Origin: Alphaproteobacteria bacterium
GTDB lineage: Bacteria; Pseudomonadota; Alphaproteobacteria; UBA828
Direction of reading: 5' to 3'
Assembly: GCA_965220745.1 (NCBI GenBank)
Contig: CBDCQT010000013.1
Coordinates: 384,001 to 448,000 of the forward strand
DNA length: 64,000 nt
Numbering within the stretch: position 1 is the stretch's first letter; every line of letters starts with the position of its first letter. The position numbers and the translations under genes were made by a program. The notes beneath the pieces were generated by a model, which did not search any database, had not been told where the DNA came from, and saw nothing but the letters and a program-made list of their open reading frames with translations. Positions 19,975 to 29,280 of the stretch are shown here, piece by piece.

Positions 19975-21115
19975 TGGCCCCGTCCCCGACCGGCAGCAGG
20001 AAGTGGAAGGCGGCGCCGCCCTCCGGCGCGTTCTCGGCCCAGAGCCGCCCGCCGTGGGCATCGATGATCGTGCGGCTGATGGCGAGGCCGATCCCCAGGC
20101 CATCCGCCTTGGTGGTCTGGAAGGGGCGGAACGGATTGTCCTCGACGCCCGGCGCAAGGCCAGGGCCGTTGTCCTTGATATCGACTTGGATTTGCCGGGG
20201 GCTGGCTGCCCAGGTCGCGATGCGAATCTTTCGCTCCCCCGGCCCCTCGAACGCCTCGATCGCGTTGCGCAGGATGTTGAGCACGACCTGCTGAACTTCG
20301 ATGCGGTCGATCAGGACGGACGGCAGCGTATCATCCAAGGAGAAGATCAACTCGATGTCGCGGTCGCTCGCGCCGATCAGGGCCAGCGCCGCCGCCTCCT
20401 CGACGATCGCATTGATCGGCTCCAGGCGGCGCACGCTCTCATCCTTCTTGATGAAGCCTCGCAGCCGCTTGATGATCTCTGCAGCTCGCTCGGCCTGCTG
20501 CCCGGCCTTGTCCACGAGATCGGCGATGGGCGTGGGATCCACTTCATCGCGATCAAGTCGCCTTCGCGCCGCCCGTGTGTAGTTCATGACAGCCGTGAGC
20601 GGCTGGTTCAGCTCATGCGCGATGCCCGACGCCATTTCCCCCATGGCGGAAAGCCGCGAGGCATGCATGAGTTCCTGCTGGAGGATGCCGGCGCGGCGCT
20701 GAATGTTCTCCCGCTCGGTGACGTCGTGGAGAAACCCGGTGAAGAGCCGCCCCTGATCGAGCTCGATTTCGCCGATCGCGAGGCGCGCCGGGAACGTGGT
20801 ACCGTCCTTGCGCCTGCCGACCACGACGCGACCAATGCCGATCACGCGCTTCTCGCTGGTCTCGCGGTAGCGCGCCAGGTGGGAGTCGTGGGCTTCCCGA
20901 TGAGGCGAGGGCATCAGCATCTTGACGTTCTGGCCGACGAGCTCGGCGCTGGAATAACCGAAGAGGCGTTCCGCCGCCGGGTTGACCGTATCGATGACGC
21001 CGCTCTCGTCGATGATGACAATGGCGTCCGGGGCGGTCCGGGTGATCGAGCGCAGGCGTTCTTCGCGTTCCCGCGCTGCGGCGATAGCGGAGGCGCTGCT
21101 CCCCGAATCCGCCAT
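19967..21115 (-). CDS. fixL: Heme-PAS oxygen sensor histidine kinase FixL (cytoplasmic)
   Basis: LMPSPHREAHDSHLARY...RVIGIGRVVVGRRKDGTTFP heme-PAS motif; AHELNQPL H-box; GLGIGL G2 box; no TM segment. Confidence 0.92.
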   Translation of the reverse strand: MADSGSSASAIAAAREREERLRSITRTAPDAIVIIDESGVIDTVNPAAERLFGYSSAELVGQNVKMLMPSPHREAHDSHLARYRETSEKRVIGIGRVVVGRRKDGTTFPARLAIGEIELDQGRLFTGFLHDVTERENIQRRAGILQQELMHASRLSAMGEMASGIAHELNQPLTAVMNYTRAARRRLDRDEVDPTPIADLVDKAGQQAERAAEIIKRLRGFIKKDESVRRLEPINAIVEEAAALALIGASDRDIELIFSLDDTLPSVLIDRIEVQQVVLNILRNAIEAFEGPGERKIRIATWAASPRQIQVDIKDNGPGLAPGVEDNPFRPFQTTKADGLGIGLAISRTIIDAHGGRLWAENAPEGGAAFHFLLPVGDGANE

Positions 21116-21137
21116 TCGCCCGCCTGGTCCCGCCCGC

Positions 21138-21704
21138 TCAATCCAGGTGCTTGCGGATGATCTCCGCCATCTTTTCCGGCCCCTGGCCGAAAACGAAGTG
21201 GGTCAGATAGTCGCCGTCGGGGTCCATGAAATAGATGTAGGACGTGTGATCGACCAGATAGGCGCCGTCTTCGTCCGGCTCGTTGAGCCGATAGAAGACG
21301 CGGTAGGCCTTGGCCGCGGCGTGGATTTGCTCGTCGCTGCCCGTCAACCCGACCATGCGCGGGTGGAACGAGGGCACGTAGTCGGCCAGGTATTCGACCG
21401 TATCGCGCGCCGGATCGACCGTGACGAAGAGTGGCTGGACCTCGTCGCCGAGTTCGCCGAGCTCGTCCACGGCCTGGCCCATGATGAGCAGCTCCGTCGG
21501 GCAGATGTCCGGGCAGTAGGCGTAGCCGAAATAGACCAGCAGGTAGCGGTCGTCGAAGCTCTCTTCGGTGACCGTCTGCCCAGTGTGGTCGACGAGCTCG
21601 AAGGGACCCCCGATGGAGGCGGCTTGCGCGGCCGGCACTCCGATCCACAAGGTTGCGCCGATGACGGCAGTAGCGGCGACAATCGTGCGGAACATGCGGT
21701 GCAT
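21138..21704 (-). CDS. SCO1/SenC-family copper chaperone
   Basis: IGGPFELVDH, FGYAYCPDICP (CxxxC), TVDPARD, YLVDH. Confidence 0.93.
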   Translation of the reverse strand: MHRMFRTIVAATAVIGATLWIGVPAAQAASIGGPFELVDHTGQTVTEESFDDRYLLVYFGYAYCPDICPTELLIMGQAVDELGELGDEVQPLFVTVDPARDTVEYLADYVPSFHPRMVGLTGSDEQIHAAAKAYRVFYRLNEPDEDGAYLVDHTSYIYFMDPDGDYLTHFVFGQGPEKMAEIIRKHLD

Positions 21705-21822
21705 GGGCGTGCCCCTCTCGCTTCACTCGCCGTCCCCGTAATGTAGTGCGCCGCACCGCTTCGGTCGATGGCCGGGACGGAATACGGCTACACTCGCGAG
21801 AGGCAGTTATTGGGAGAGCCGG

Positions 21823-22698
21823 ATGAGCGGGGAGGCGATCTATCGAGGCTACGATCGGGCGGCGCTGGACGCGCAGTACAACAACCGCGCGCGCATCCCC
21901 GAGTACGTCGACTACTTCGACCGCTGGCTGGCGTGGAGCGCGGAGACCCGCGCGGCGCTGCCAGGCGGGCGGGACATCGCTTACGGCGATCTTCCGGTCG
22001 AGACCCTCGATATCTTTCCGGCGGAGCGGCATGACGCTCCGATCCTCATCATGATCCACGGCGGCTACTGGTATTCGCTCGACAAGCATCACGACAGCTT
22101 CGTGGCCGAGGGGTGCCGGCCCCACGGCGTGGCCACCGTCGTCATCAACTACGGCCTCGCCCCCGACTACCGCATGGACGAAATCGTGCGGCAGAACCGC
22201 GCCGCAGCCGCCTGGGTATGGCGCAATGCCGCGTCGATCGGGGGCGATCCGAGGCGCATCCACGCGCTCGGCCAGTCGGCAGGGGGACACCTCGCCGCCA
22301 TGCTGCTGGCGACAGACTGGCCTGCCTTCGGCGCCGGCCTGCCGGCCGATCTCGTCAAGAGCGCGGTCTCGATCTCGGGCATCTATGACCTGGAGCCCAT
22401 CCGCCTCTGCTACCTCAATGACAAGGTCGGCATGGACGACGCCGAGGCGCGGCGCAACAGCCCGGTGGCGCAGCGCTATCCGGTGGCGGCGCCGCTGATG
22501 CTGGTCTCGGGCGACATCGAATCGAAGGAATACGAGCGCCAGGCCGCCGATATGGCAACGGTGTGGGAGAAGAACGGCTACCCGCTGAGCCGGCTGGAGC
22601 TACCCGGCTACAACCACTTCACCATGGCCGACCAGCTTCGAGAGCCCGACAGCGATCTGACGCGGGCGACGATGGCGCAGATGGGCGTGCCCTCCTGA
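21823..22698 (+). CDS. Alpha/beta hydrolase (arylformamidase / kynurenine formamidase-like)
   Basis: LDAQYN, HGGYW, GQSAGGHL, SGIYDLEP, NHF. Confidence 0.85.
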   Translation: MSGEAIYRGYDRAALDAQYNNRARIPEYVDYFDRWLAWSAETRAALPGGRDIAYGDLPVETLDIFPAERHDAPILIMIHGGYWYSLDKHHDSFVAEGCRPHGVATVVINYGLAPDYRMDEIVRQNRAAAAWVWRNAASIGGDPRRIHALGQSAGGHLAAMLLATDWPAFGAGLPADLVKSAVSISGIYDLEPIRLCYLNDKVGMDDAEARRNSPVAQRYPVAAPLMLVSGDIESKEYERQAADMATVWEKNGYPLSRLELPGYNHFTMADQLREPDSDLTRATMAQMGVPS

Positions 22699-22701
22699 AC
22701 C

Positions 22702-23688
22702 TCAGTCCATCGTGAGCACGGCGGCGCCCTGAAGCTGGCCCGCGCGCAGGCGATCCAGGGCGGTGTTGGCCTCGGCAAGCGGCATGGGCTCGATGTGCAT
22801 CTCGATCGCTGTCTTCGCGGCGAGCGTCAAAAAATCCTCGCCGTCGCGTCGCGTGAGGTTGGCGACCGAGACGATGCGCCGTTCCCGCCACAGAAGCTCG
22901 TAGGGGAACGAGGGAATGTCGCTCATGTGGATGCCGGCGCTCACCACGGTGCCGCCTGGCGCGATGGCGCGGAGCGCAGCCGGCACCAGGGCGCCCACGG
23001 GTGCGAAGAGCAGTGCGGCGTCCAACTCCTCCGGCGGTGCCTCGTCCGATGCACCGGCCCATTCGGCGCCGAGGCCGCGGGCGAAGTCGATTGCCGCCCG
23101 ATCGCCCGGCCGGACGAAGGCGAACACGCGGCGGCCCTGAGACCTTGCCACCTGGGCGATGATGTGCGCCGCCGCGCCGAAGCCGTAGAGGCCGAGGCGC
23201 TCGGCATCGCCTGCCATCGCGAGCGCGCGGTAGCCGATCAGTCCGGCGCAGAGCAGCGGCGCCGAGTGCGCGTCGTCGCGCTCGCTCGGCAGGGGGAAGC
23301 AGTAGCGCTCGTCGGCGATGCAGTAGTCGCCGTAGCCGCCGTCCAGGGTGTAGCCGGTGAAGCGCGCGTCCGGGCACAGGTTCTCCCGGCGGCTCCGGCA
23401 ATAGCGACAGGTGCCGCAGGTCCAGCCGAGCCACGGGATGCCGACGCGCTCCCCCTCGGCGAAGCGATCGACGCCCGCGCCGAGCGCCGCGATCCGGCCC
23501 ACGATTTCATGCCCCGGCACGACCGGCAGGCGGGGCTCGGTCAGGTCGCCGTCCACCACGTGGAGATCGGTGCGGCAGACCCCGCAGGCCGAAACCCGGA
23601 CCAAAACCTCGCCCGCGCCGGGCTCGGGCACTGGCCGCTCTTCCAGGCTGAGCGCGGGGCTATTGCCGTGATAAACCATGGCGCGCAT
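22702..23688 (-). CDS. Zinc-dependent alcohol dehydrogenase family protein
   Basis: [23 protein letters not shown]...[15 protein letters not shown]. Confidence 0.92.
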   Translation of the reverse strand: MRAMVYHGNSPALSLEERPVPEPGAGEVLVRVSACGVCRTDLHVVDGDLTEPRLPVVPGHEIVGRIAALGAGVDRFAEGERVGIPWLGWTCGTCRYCRSRRENLCPDARFTGYTLDGGYGDYCIADERYCFPLPSERDDAHSAPLLCAGLIGYRALAMAGDAERLGLYGFGAAAHIIAQVARSQGRRVFAFVRPGDRAAIDFARGLGAEWAGASDEAPPEELDAALLFAPVGALVPAALRAIAPGGTVVSAGIHMSDIPSFPYELLWRERRIVSVANLTRRDGEDFLTLAAKTAIEMHIEPMPLAEANTALDRLRAGQLQGAAVLTMD

Positions 23689-23713
23689 GGCAGCAGCCCC
23701 GGTCACCGCCGGT

Positions 23714-25753
23714 TCATGCCTCGGTGATTCTGAGGAAGCCCAGATCGTCCACCCGGACGCGCTGGCCGGGACAGACCAGGGTCGTCGACGACGGCTCTTC
23801 GACGATGACCGGGCCATCCGCCTCGAAGCCCGGCGGCAGCAGGTCGCGGTCGTAGACGCGGGTCTCGTGCCGGCCGTCCTCACCGAAATCGACCGTGCGC
23901 CCAATCCGCGCCCCCGCGTCCGCCGAGCGACCCTCCGCAGTCCAGGGTGTGAGCTCGGGCCGGGCGACATCGGCCGTTGCGGTGAGACGGAACGTGACCA
24001 GCTCGACCGGCGTCTCCGCGAGGCGGAAGGTGTAGGCGCGCTCGTGTGCGGCGTGGAACGCGTCGAGGATCGATTCGCGGCCCGCCCCATCGAGGTCGAT
24101 CGGGATTGTCACCGCGTGCTCCTGCCCGAAATAGCGCATGTCGAGATGGCAGGCGGTGGTGAACGTACCGCGCCCGCCTTCTGACCTGAAATAGCGCTCC
24201 GCTTCCTCGTGCAGCTCTGCAAAGAGCGCGCGCACATCCGCGATCTCGAGCGTATCCACACGCTGGAGCGCGGTGCGCAAGAAATCCCGGCGGGGCGCCG
24301 TCGCCAGCATGCCCCAGGCCGAGAAGAGGCCGGGATAGCGCGGTACCACGATCTCATTCACGCCGAGTTCGCGGCCGAGGCTCGCGCCGTGCATGGCGCC
24401 GCCGCCGCCACCCACCATCAGCGCGAAATCGTTGGGATCGTGGCCGCGCTGGATCGAGACCAGCTTGAGCGCGTTGATCATGTTGGCATCGACCAGGCGA
24501 ATCACGGCGACCGCCGCCTCGTCGACGCTGCAGCCCAGCCCGTCGGCGATCTTGCCCATGGCAGTCCGCGCCAGCCCAACATCGAGGGAGAATTGCCCGC
24601 CGGCGAAGTTTGCCGGGTTGAGCACGCCGGTGATGAGCTTGGCGTCGGTCACGGTGGGCTCGGTTCCGCCGCGACCGTAGCAGGCGGGCCCCGGATCGGC
24701 GCCGGCGCTGCGGGGGCCCACGCAGAGCGTGCCGCCTTCGTCGAACCAGGCGATGGAGCCGCCGCCCGCGCCGATCTCCACGATGTCGATCACCGGCACC
24801 CGCACCGGATAGCCGTAGCGGATGCGCGTCGCCTCCAGCCGGTAGTCGGTGGTGACCTTGGGCTCGCCGCCCTCGATGGTGGAGCACTTGGCGGTGGTGC
24901 CGCCGATGTCGAGATAGATCACGTCGGGCTCGTCGCAGAGCCGGCCGATCAGCGCGGCGCCGTTGACGCCCGCCGCCGGCCCGGATTCGAGCAGCGTGAT
25001 CGGGTGCTCCCTAGCCCAGCCGAAGCTCGTGGTCCCGCCGTTCGACTGCATCGCCATCATCGGGCAGTCGAGCCCGAGCCTGTCGATGCCGGCCTCCAGG
25101 GTGTCGAAGTAGCGCTGCACGATCGGCTGCACGTAGGCGTTGAGCACGGCTGTGTTGGCGCGTTCGTACTCGCGCCACTCCCGCGTGATCTCGTGGGAGG
25201 CGGTGATCGCGACACCGTTGAGACGCTCGCGCAAGTAGGCCGCCGTTTCCTCCTCGTGCGCGGGCGCGGCGTAGGAGTGGAGGAACTGGATGGCGATGGC
25301 CTCCACGCCCTGGGACCGGCACACCTCGACCACGCGGTCCAGGTCTTCGACATGCAGCGGCACGCGGACCCGCCCCTTGGCGTCGACCCGCTCGCGCACT
25401 TCGAAGCGCAGCCGGCGCGGCACGAAGGGGACCTCCTTGCGGTAGCGCAGGTTGTAGAGGTCGGGCCGGTTGCCGCGCGCGATCTCCAGCACGTCGCGAA
25501 AGCCCTCGGTGGTGACCAGCGCGGTCTTGGCGCCGGTCCGCTCGGTGATGGCGTTGATGACGGTCGTCCCGCCGTGAACGAAATAGTCCACAGCGTCGGC
25601 GTCGAGCTGCGCCTGGTCGATGGTGTCGAGCACGCCTCGCGTCAGGTCGTCCGGCGTGCTGAGCGACTTGGCGACGCTGAGCGCGCCGGTCTCCTCGTCG
25701 AAGTAGACGAGATCGGTGAAGGTCCCGCCGATGTCGGTCGCCAGTCGGCCCAC
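23714..25753 (-). CDS. Hydantoinase A / 5-oxoprolinase family ATP-dependent subunit
   Basis: DIGGTFTD, HGGTTVINA, EYERANT, SGPAAG, DIGGTT, EIGAGGGS, SAGADPGPACY. Confidence 0.93.
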   Translation of the reverse strand: MGRLATDIGGTFTDLVYFDEETGALSVAKSLSTPDDLTRGVLDTIDQAQLDADAVDYFVHGGTTVINAITERTGAKTALVTTEGFRDVLEIARGNRPDLYNLRYRKEVPFVPRRLRFEVRERVDAKGRVRVPLHVEDLDRVVEVCRSQGVEAIAIQFLHSYAAPAHEEETAAYLRERLNGVAITASHEITREWREYERANTAVLNAYVQPIVQRYFDTLEAGIDRLGLDCPMMAMQSNGGTTSFGWAREHPITLLESGPAAGVNGAALIGRLCDEPDVIYLDIGGTTAKCSTIEGGEPKVTTDYRLEATRIRYGYPVRVPVIDIVEIGAGGGSIAWFDEGGTLCVGPRSAGADPGPACYGRGGTEPTVTDAKLITGVLNPANFAGGQFSLDVGLARTAMGKIADGLGCSVDEAAVAVIRLVDANMINALKLVSIQRGHDPNDFALMVGGGGGAMHGASLGRELGVNEIVVPRYPGLFSAWGMLATAPRRDFLRTALQRVDTLEIADVRALFAELHEEAERYFRSEGGRGTFTTACHLDMRYFGQEHAVTIPIDLDGAGRESILDAFHAAHERAYTFRLAETPVELVTFRLTATADVARPELTPWTAEGRSADAGARIGRTVDFGEDGRHETRVYDRDLLPPGFEADGPVIVEEPSSTTLVCPGQRVRVDDLGFLRITEA

Positions 25754-26200
25754 TGCGTTCTCCCTGCCTCGCGTCGGCGCCGATTATTCACCGCCGCAGG
25801 CGGGGGTCAAACGGGGCGACCCGCGGCGCCGGAACACCGTCTGTCATGCAACTGCAACACAGATGTCACAATTGACTCTCGGCGTTTCGGGAAGAATCGA
25901 CGTGTGAGTATGGCCGATGACCGGGAACCAGCTTGCGCGTGTCTCGACGCAATTCGATGCCAAACCGGCGGCTGCGGGAGATTGGGTTCGTTCTGTCGTT
26001 TCGCAAATCCATCATCTCGCCTTTCCGTCCTGATCCGATCGACAGGGTTCGCAGGTGTCTAACCCGGATTGCCCACGCTGTGCTCCGGTCCATGGTGCGG
26101 TCGCCGGATCTGCCGGGGGCAGGCCGGAATGTGCCGTGCAGGCCATGACATCGGGGAAGGTTCCGGGTTAAGCGCTGAACGAACGAGTCCGGGGGAGGGG

Positions 26201-26896
26201 ATGGAACGGTTCGATCTTGGGCGGCGGCTCTTCGCGGAGTGGCTGGGGACGCTGCTGCTGCTCGCCGTGGTCGTCGGCTCCGGCATCATGGGCGAGACGC
26301 TCTCGGGCGGAAACGTCGCGCTCGCGTTGCTCGGCAACACGATCCCCACCGGCGCCATCCTGGTGGTGCTCATCGTGATCTTCGGCCCCATCTCCGGCGC
26401 GCACTTCAACCCCGCCGTCACGCTCAGCTTCCTGATACGCCGCGAGATCGGCCTGCGCGACGCCGGGCTCTACCTGCTGGCGCAGATCGCAGGCGGCATC
26501 TGCGGCGCGATGCTGGCGCACGGCATGTTCGAGGAGCCAATCGTCGCCGCGTCCCTGAAGGAGCGCACCGGCTTCTCCCAATGGCTCGGCGAGTTCACCG
26601 CGACCTTCGGGCTGGTGGCGACGATCCTGGGTTGCCTGCGTTTCAGGCCCGAGCTGGTGCCCTATGGCGTCGGCCTCTTCATTACCGCCGGCTACTGGTT
26701 CACGTCGTCCACGTCGTTCGCGAACCCGGCGGTGACCATCGCCCGCTCGCTCACTGACACGTTCTCCGGGATCATGCCTCTGCACATGCCGGCCTTCATC
26801 GTCGCCCAGCTGATCGGCGCCGTGGTGGCGACGTTGCTGCTCGGCTGGCTGGTCAAGGCCCGCCGGCCGGCGGCAGCCGAGCCTGACCCGAGCTAG
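26201..26896 (+). CDS. MIP/aquaporin family protein, AqpS-like (arsenic-associated subtype)
   Basis: VVGSGIM, SGAHFNPAVT and YWFTSSTSFANPAVT (two NPA boxes); GGAGG RBS. Confidence 0.88.
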   Translation: MERFDLGRRLFAEWLGTLLLLAVVVGSGIMGETLSGGNVALALLGNTIPTGAILVVLIVIFGPISGAHFNPAVTLSFLIRREIGLRDAGLYLLAQIAGGICGAMLAHGMFEEPIVAASLKERTGFSQWLGEFTATFGLVATILGCLRFRPELVPYGVGLFITAGYWFTSSTSFANPAVTIARSLTDTFSGIMPLHMPAFIVAQLIGAVVATLLLGWLVKARRPAAAEPDPS

Positions 26897-27684
26897 AACG
26901 AGGCCAGCGCCACCTCGACCGCGCCGAGCGCCCCGAAATCCGCGCGCACGTGCTTCTTGTGCGCGATCGGCGCCGGCACGATGCAGGTGCCGGTGATGAC
27001 CACGTCGCCGGCCGCGAGCGGTACGCCGTGGCGGACCCGGTCGTTCGCCAGCCAGGTGAGCGCGATGCGCGGGTCGCCCAGCGCGTTCGCGCCCTTGCCT
27101 GTCGCCGCCTCTTCGTCATCGATGGAGACGACGACCGGATGGGCGGCGAGATCGACCTCGCGCCAGCCTTCCGGCGCCTCTGGCCCCAGCACGCAGTACT
27201 CTGTGCAGCCGTTGTCGGCGATGAGCTGGGCGGCGCCCACGACGGTGAAGTCCCTGAAGCGCGAATCCGGAATCTCGATCGCCGGGTGCAGCGCCGCCAC
27301 CGCGTCCATCACTGCGTCCACCGTGTAGTCGCCGTCCCCGCCGGGCAGGTCCGCACCTAAGCGGAACGCGAACTCCGCCTCGACCACCGCCATGTGCAGG
27401 TGGCCGGCCGGCAGCTTGGTGCCGCTCTGGTGGAGCTTGCTCTCCCACAGGCGCCCGGCGAGGGGGCCGTCCACGCCGATGTGCTTCTGGCCGGCCTCGC
27501 TGGTGGCCGCGATCTTCCAGCCCACGGGCGTGGCGCCGGCGAGGCGTGCGAGCGCGGCCTGCACCGCGTAGCCCTCGGCGGTCGTGCTCGGGCGGCACTC
27601 TTCGGGCAGGCCGTCGATCAGGTGATGGCCGCTCCAGGCCGTCCAGATGGCCTGCGCCGCCGCGTCGCTCTTCGTGTCAGTCAT
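26893..27684 (-). CDS. 2-keto-4-pentenoate hydratase / FAA hydrolase family
   Basis: GWKIAAT, EAEFAF, AIEIPDSRF, IADN, GDP...L.WLAN, ITGT. Confidence 0.88.
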   Translation of the reverse strand: MTDTKSDAAAQAIWTAWSGHHLIDGLPEECRPSTTAEGYAVQAALARLAGATPVGWKIAATSEAGQKHIGVDGPLAGRLWESKLHQSGTKLPAGHLHMAVVEAEFAFRLGADLPGGDGDYTVDAVMDAVAALHPAIEIPDSRFRDFTVVGAAQLIADNGCTEYCVLGPEAPEGWREVDLAAHPVVVSIDDEEAATGKGANALGDPRIALTWLANDRVRHGVPLAAGDVVITGTCIVPAPIAHKKHVRADFGALGAVEVALASF

Positions 27685-27730
27685 GGGCTCAATCTAGCGA
27701 GTGGGAGCATGAAGCAACAAGCGCCCCCGG

Positions 27731-28336
27731 TCAGCCATTGGCAGGGGCGGCCAGGGGGACGTGGGGCGCGGTATCCATCGGCAGCAGGCCGATGAGGCGG
27801 GGATCATCGACGATATCGACCTCGCTGTGGGTGATGGCGAAACCATGCTTCTGGTAGAAGGCGAGAGCGCCGGGGTGGTCCAGGGTGCAGGTATTGAGGA
27901 TCATGCGGCGGGGTCGGTGACGCCCGACGGCGGCGAGCGCATGGGCGAGCAGCCAGCCGCCAAGCCCCTTGCCGATCCACGTCGGAATCAGGCCGAAATA
28001 ACGCAGCTCGATATCCGGCGCCGGCCGCAGGTTCAGCTCGATCAGGCCGATCTCTGCGCCGGCGACCGCCGCCACATAGACCTCGGTCTCCTCCTCCGCG
28101 AGATGGGCCGCGAGCCTCGCCTCGTCCCACGTCAGCCGGCTCCACCAGAGCCAGTCGTCGCCGATGGCGTGATAGAGGCGCAGGTAATCGGCGACCGGCA
28201 TGGCCTGCCGCTGCTCGAGGGTAACGCCGGGCGCGGGCGCCGGCGGCGGCGCCTCTGGCGGCGCTTCCATCGCGAGGTGGGTAATCACCGTGTAGAGCTT
28301 GCCGGCCGGAACGGCCTCCGCCGCAGTCGCGCTCAT
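27731..28336 (-). CDS. GNAT family N-acetyltransferase
   Basis: YFGLIP..IGKGLG acetyl-CoA motif; TCTLDHPGALAFYQKHGF. Confidence 0.85.
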   Translation of the reverse strand: MSATAAEAVPAGKLYTVITHLAMEAPPEAPPPAPAPGVTLEQRQAMPVADYLRLYHAIGDDWLWWSRLTWDEARLAAHLAEEETEVYVAAVAGAEIGLIELNLRPAPDIELRYFGLIPTWIGKGLGGWLLAHALAAVGRHRPRRMILNTCTLDHPGALAFYQKHGFAITHSEVDIVDDPRLIGLLPMDTAPHVPLAAPANG

Positions 28337-28346
28337 GCCCCGGCGC

Positions 28347-29114
28347 TCACAGGCCGCAAGAGATGCCCTCGTCCAGTAGCATGAGCGAGCCGTGGGCGGC
28401 GCGCCCGTCCTCGGAGCAGAGGAAGAGCGCGGCGGACGCCATGTCGTCGGCCTCGGAATAGGTGCGGTTGCTCGGCGTCACCGCGGTCATGCCCTCCAGC
28501 ATCTCCTTGAACTGCGGCTCGGTGCGGATCTTCACGTTCATCGGCGTCGCCGTGTTGCCGGGCAGGATCGCGTTCACCGCGATGTTGTGCGGGCTCAGCT
28601 CCAGCGCCAGCGCGCGGGTGAGGTAGTTGACCGCCGCCTTCGACGCGCAATAGACCGAGAAGCTCTTGAACCCCATCACCCCCGTCACCGACGAGAGGTT
28701 GACGATCTTGCCGCCGCCCTGCGCGATCATCACCGGCGCCACCTCGTTGATCGCGAAGAAAGTGCCTTTCACGTTGATGTCCATGGTCGCGTCGTACTCG
28801 GCCTCGCTGGTCTCGCCGATGGGCGTCGGCTCGAAGATGCCGGCCGAGTTGACCAGGATGTCGATGCGCCCGAAGGCATCCTTCACGGCGCCGACCAGCG
28901 CCTTGACCGCATCCACGTCGCGCACGTCGGCGACGAAGGCCTGGGCCGCGCCGCCCGCCGCCTCGATTCTCTCCACGACCTGCTGCGCCTTGGCCAGATC
29001 GGAGGAGCCGACGACAGCGACGCGCGCGCCCTCGGCCGCGAACCTGACCGCGATCGCCTCGCCGATGCCCGAGGACCCTCCGGTGACCAGCGCCGTCTTT
29101 CCCTCCAGTTTCAC
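28347..29114 (-). CDS. Short-chain dehydrogenase/reductase
   Basis: TGGSSGIG, VNSAG, YCASK, PGNTAT; GTG start with GAGGAG RBS. Confidence 0.92.
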   Translation of the reverse strand: MKLEGKTALVTGGSSGIGEAIAVRFAAEGARVAVVGSSDLAKAQQVVERIEAAGGAAQAFVADVRDVDAVKALVGAVKDAFGRIDILVNSAGIFEPTPIGETSEAEYDATMDINVKGTFFAINEVAPVMIAQGGGKIVNLSSVTGVMGFKSFSVYCASKAAVNYLTRALALELSPHNIAVNAILPGNTATPMNVKIRTEPQFKEMLEGMTAVTPSNRTYSEADDMASAALFLCSEDGRAAHGSLMLLDEGISCGL

Positions 29115-29280
29115 GATCCTCTCCTCCCCGGTCTCTCGTTGCGCAGTGTGAACACGTGCCGCTCCCTGCAAGGGCGGCGAGAATATCAGCGACGCACGGG
29201 AAAGTCTTTCGACCGGCGGGGCGGCAGCCGATAATGGCGCGGGGCGCGCGGCCCCGGCCGACCGAACGAGGGGAGGAGCC

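Noticed and set aside
25960-25990. RLREIG as a relic of an arsC C-terminus upstream of the aquaporin
   Set aside because: Six residues, about 200 bp from the gene, with no other ArsC motif; chance is as likely.
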